Positions 18,479-20,000 of a DNA stretch of 20,000 bases are shown one piece after another (the first letter of the stretch is position 1; each line of letters begins with the position of its first letter). Source of the DNA: Chiloscyllium plagiosum (lineage: Eukaryota). A model generated the notes under the pieces. That model had not been told where the DNA came from. It made no database searches and worked only from the letters and a program-made list of their open reading frames with translations. The position numbers were made by a program, and so were the translations under genes. The DNA lies in contig NC_057749.1 in NCBI RefSeq assembly GCF_004010195.1, positions 17,524,645-17,544,644 of the forward strand, written 5' to 3'.

Positions 18479-18724
18479 CTTATGCAGGTACCTGGTAAGA
18501 TGGGGCTAGAATCAGAGATGAAAGATACCATAGAGGTGGGTACATGGTTAATTTAAATCCTTAGTAAGAGACAGTGAGAAATCTCTCTAAGAGTTCCCTC
18601 AAAAGACTTGATGTAACTCAATCTTGAATCAATAAAGTGTAAGATTCAGCCTAGGGTCACCATACTGAGATGAACTTTCAATTCCAGATGTAATGAATTG
18701 AATTCCAACTCCAGTTGCTGTACT

Positions 18725-18985
18725 AGACTCAAGAGCAGATGTAAGCCATTCAGCCCCTCAAACCTGCCCTGTTATTTAATAAGAACATACAGACCTGCAT
18801 GTGTTCTGAGTACCACATTCCCATCCACCCCACCTGCGTTACCTTCGGATGCGTTGTTTAACAAGAATCTACCCAGCTCTGCGTTAAAAATATTCAGTGA
18901 CTGAGTGGGACAGTTCAAAGTTCACAAACCTCCTCATCTCTGTCCTAAAAGAGCAACCTCCTAATTTTAAAATAGTATCCGTGTT
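18725..18985 (-). mobile_element. Old CR1 3' fragment
   Basis: AGCAGATGTAAGCCATTCAGCCCCTCAAACCTGC..AACAAGAATCTA..TTAAAAATATTCA..CTCCTCATCTCTGTCCTAAA is the reverse complement of a CR1 tail like 9765-10205. Confidence 0.7.
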
Positions 18986-19119
18986 GTGTGAACGCTTTTC
19001 CCTTGACCACACCCCCATTAATCTGAGGCCCTGGATTTGAATGCAGTGGTATAATCAGTCTACCACCACCTTCCTCTGTCAGTGATGACAAAGTATAGGA
19101 GTCCAACTTCTAATGTATT

Positions 19120-19418
19120 ATTTTTAAATCATTCACGGGACGTGGGTGTCACTGGCTGGTCCAGCATTTATTGCCCATCCCTAATTACCCAGAGGGCAAT
19201 TAAGAATTGATCATATTGCTGTGGGTCTGGAGTCACATCCAGACCAGGTAAGGATGCCAGATTTCCTTCTTTAAAGGTTATCAGTGAACCAGATGGGTTT
19301 TTCTTGATAATCAACAATGGTTTCATCATCATCATTAGGCTCTTAATTCCAGACCCATTTTATTGTATTCAGAGTCCACCATTTGTCCTGGTGGGATTCA
19401 CCCTGCGTTCCCAGAACT
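19120..19418 (-). mobile_element. tRNA-derived SINE (same family as 17630-17950), interrupted at its head by the Tx1-like LINE
   Basis: CCAGCATTTATTGCCCATCCCTAATT..GCTGTGGGTCTGGAGTCACAT..GGTAAGGATGCCAGATTTCCTTC..GTGAACCAGATGGGTTTT. Confidence 0.85.
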
Positions 19419-20000
19419 CTTTTAATTTCAAAAATATACTTTATTCATAAAATTATTTGGATATCTATACAATTGGTCATGCCATTCTTATGCACACATT
19501 CCATTTCTTTACATACAGAGATCTGAATTAATCATTCATATACAGGTCTGTATGTTTACCATCCCTATATGTAGTTGAGGCGTCAGCGGAGCCCCATTAC
19601 TGCGTGGGCCCCCTGTTCTTCTTTAGGCAGGCAGATGTTAAACGGTGGTCTTTCCCCACCGCGCCTTGGCGGCAGCTTCCCCAAGCTTCAGCACGTCCCT
19701 CAATACATAGTCCTGGACCTTGGAATGTGCCAGTCTGCAGCACTCAGTCGGGGTCAACTCCTTCAGCTGGAAGATCAACAAGTTTCGGCCAGACCAGAGA
19801 GCGTCCTTCACCAAGTTGATGATCCTCCAGGCACAGTTGATGTTCGACTCGGTGTGCGTCCCGGGGAACAGGCCGTAGAGCACAGAGTCCCGAGTCACGA
19901 CGCTGCTCGGGACGAACCTCGACAAACACCACTGCATTCCTCTCCAGACTTCTTCTGCGTAGGCACATTCCAGAAGGAGGTGTGTGACAGTCTCGTCCCC
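19419..20000 (-). mobile_element. 3' end of a Tx1/L1-clade LINE that continues beyond the window
   Basis: ORF2 C-terminus, a 3' UTR of about 200 nt, AATAAA at 19440-19445 (-) and a short A-rich end. Confidence 0.88.
19638..20000 (-). CDS. Tx1-like ORF2 C-terminus (partial; end of the CCHC zinc knuckle)
   Basis: Open for 120 codons from the window edge: GDETVTHLLLECAYAEEVWRGMQW...KDALWSGRNLLIF...AAAKARWGKTTV*. The ETxxHLLLEC and WxxRN motifs are typical of L1/Tx1 ORF2. Confidence 0.85.
   Translation of the reverse strand, partial: GDETVTHLLLECAYAEEVWRGMQWCLSRFVPSSVVTRDSVLYGLFPGTHTESNINCAWRIINLVKDALWSGRNLLIFQLKELTPTECCRLAHSKVQDYVLRDVLKLGEAAAKARWGKTTV

Overview
Eukaryotic, repeat-rich non-coding DNA, almost certainly from a shark: it carries HE1-type V-SINEs, SacSINE1-like DeuSINEs and shark-type CR1 tails (a carpet or bamboo shark is my inference). 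I recognise no host protein-coding exon. About half of the window is nested transposable-element debris: a TG...CA solo LTR with a 4-bp TSD, a Rex1/Babar-like LINE 3' half, four CR1 3' fragments, L2 fragments, tRNA-derived SINEs, a decayed Myb/SANT Harbinger-like element, a young Tx1-like LINE 3' end, and about 13 Penelope-like element (PLE) insertions. The most striking signal is the PLE set. About four sequence families share one minimal hammerhead-ribozyme architecture (stem I-CUGANGA-N-stem II-GAAA-CG/GC-UH-stem I), intact in two copies (1961-1995 and 8261-8294). Most insertions are only 70-270 bp, have 8-16 bp TSDs, are truncated at the ribozyme and end on target-site microhomology. Several form tail-out palindromes, including perfect 83-bp and 59-bp arms. 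Also unexplained: a 99-nt segment present twice and joined at the same base to two different positions of a Rex1-like RT, and a 109-bp tandem duplication with compensating homopolymer indels. All family names come from recalled consensus sequences, not database searches.
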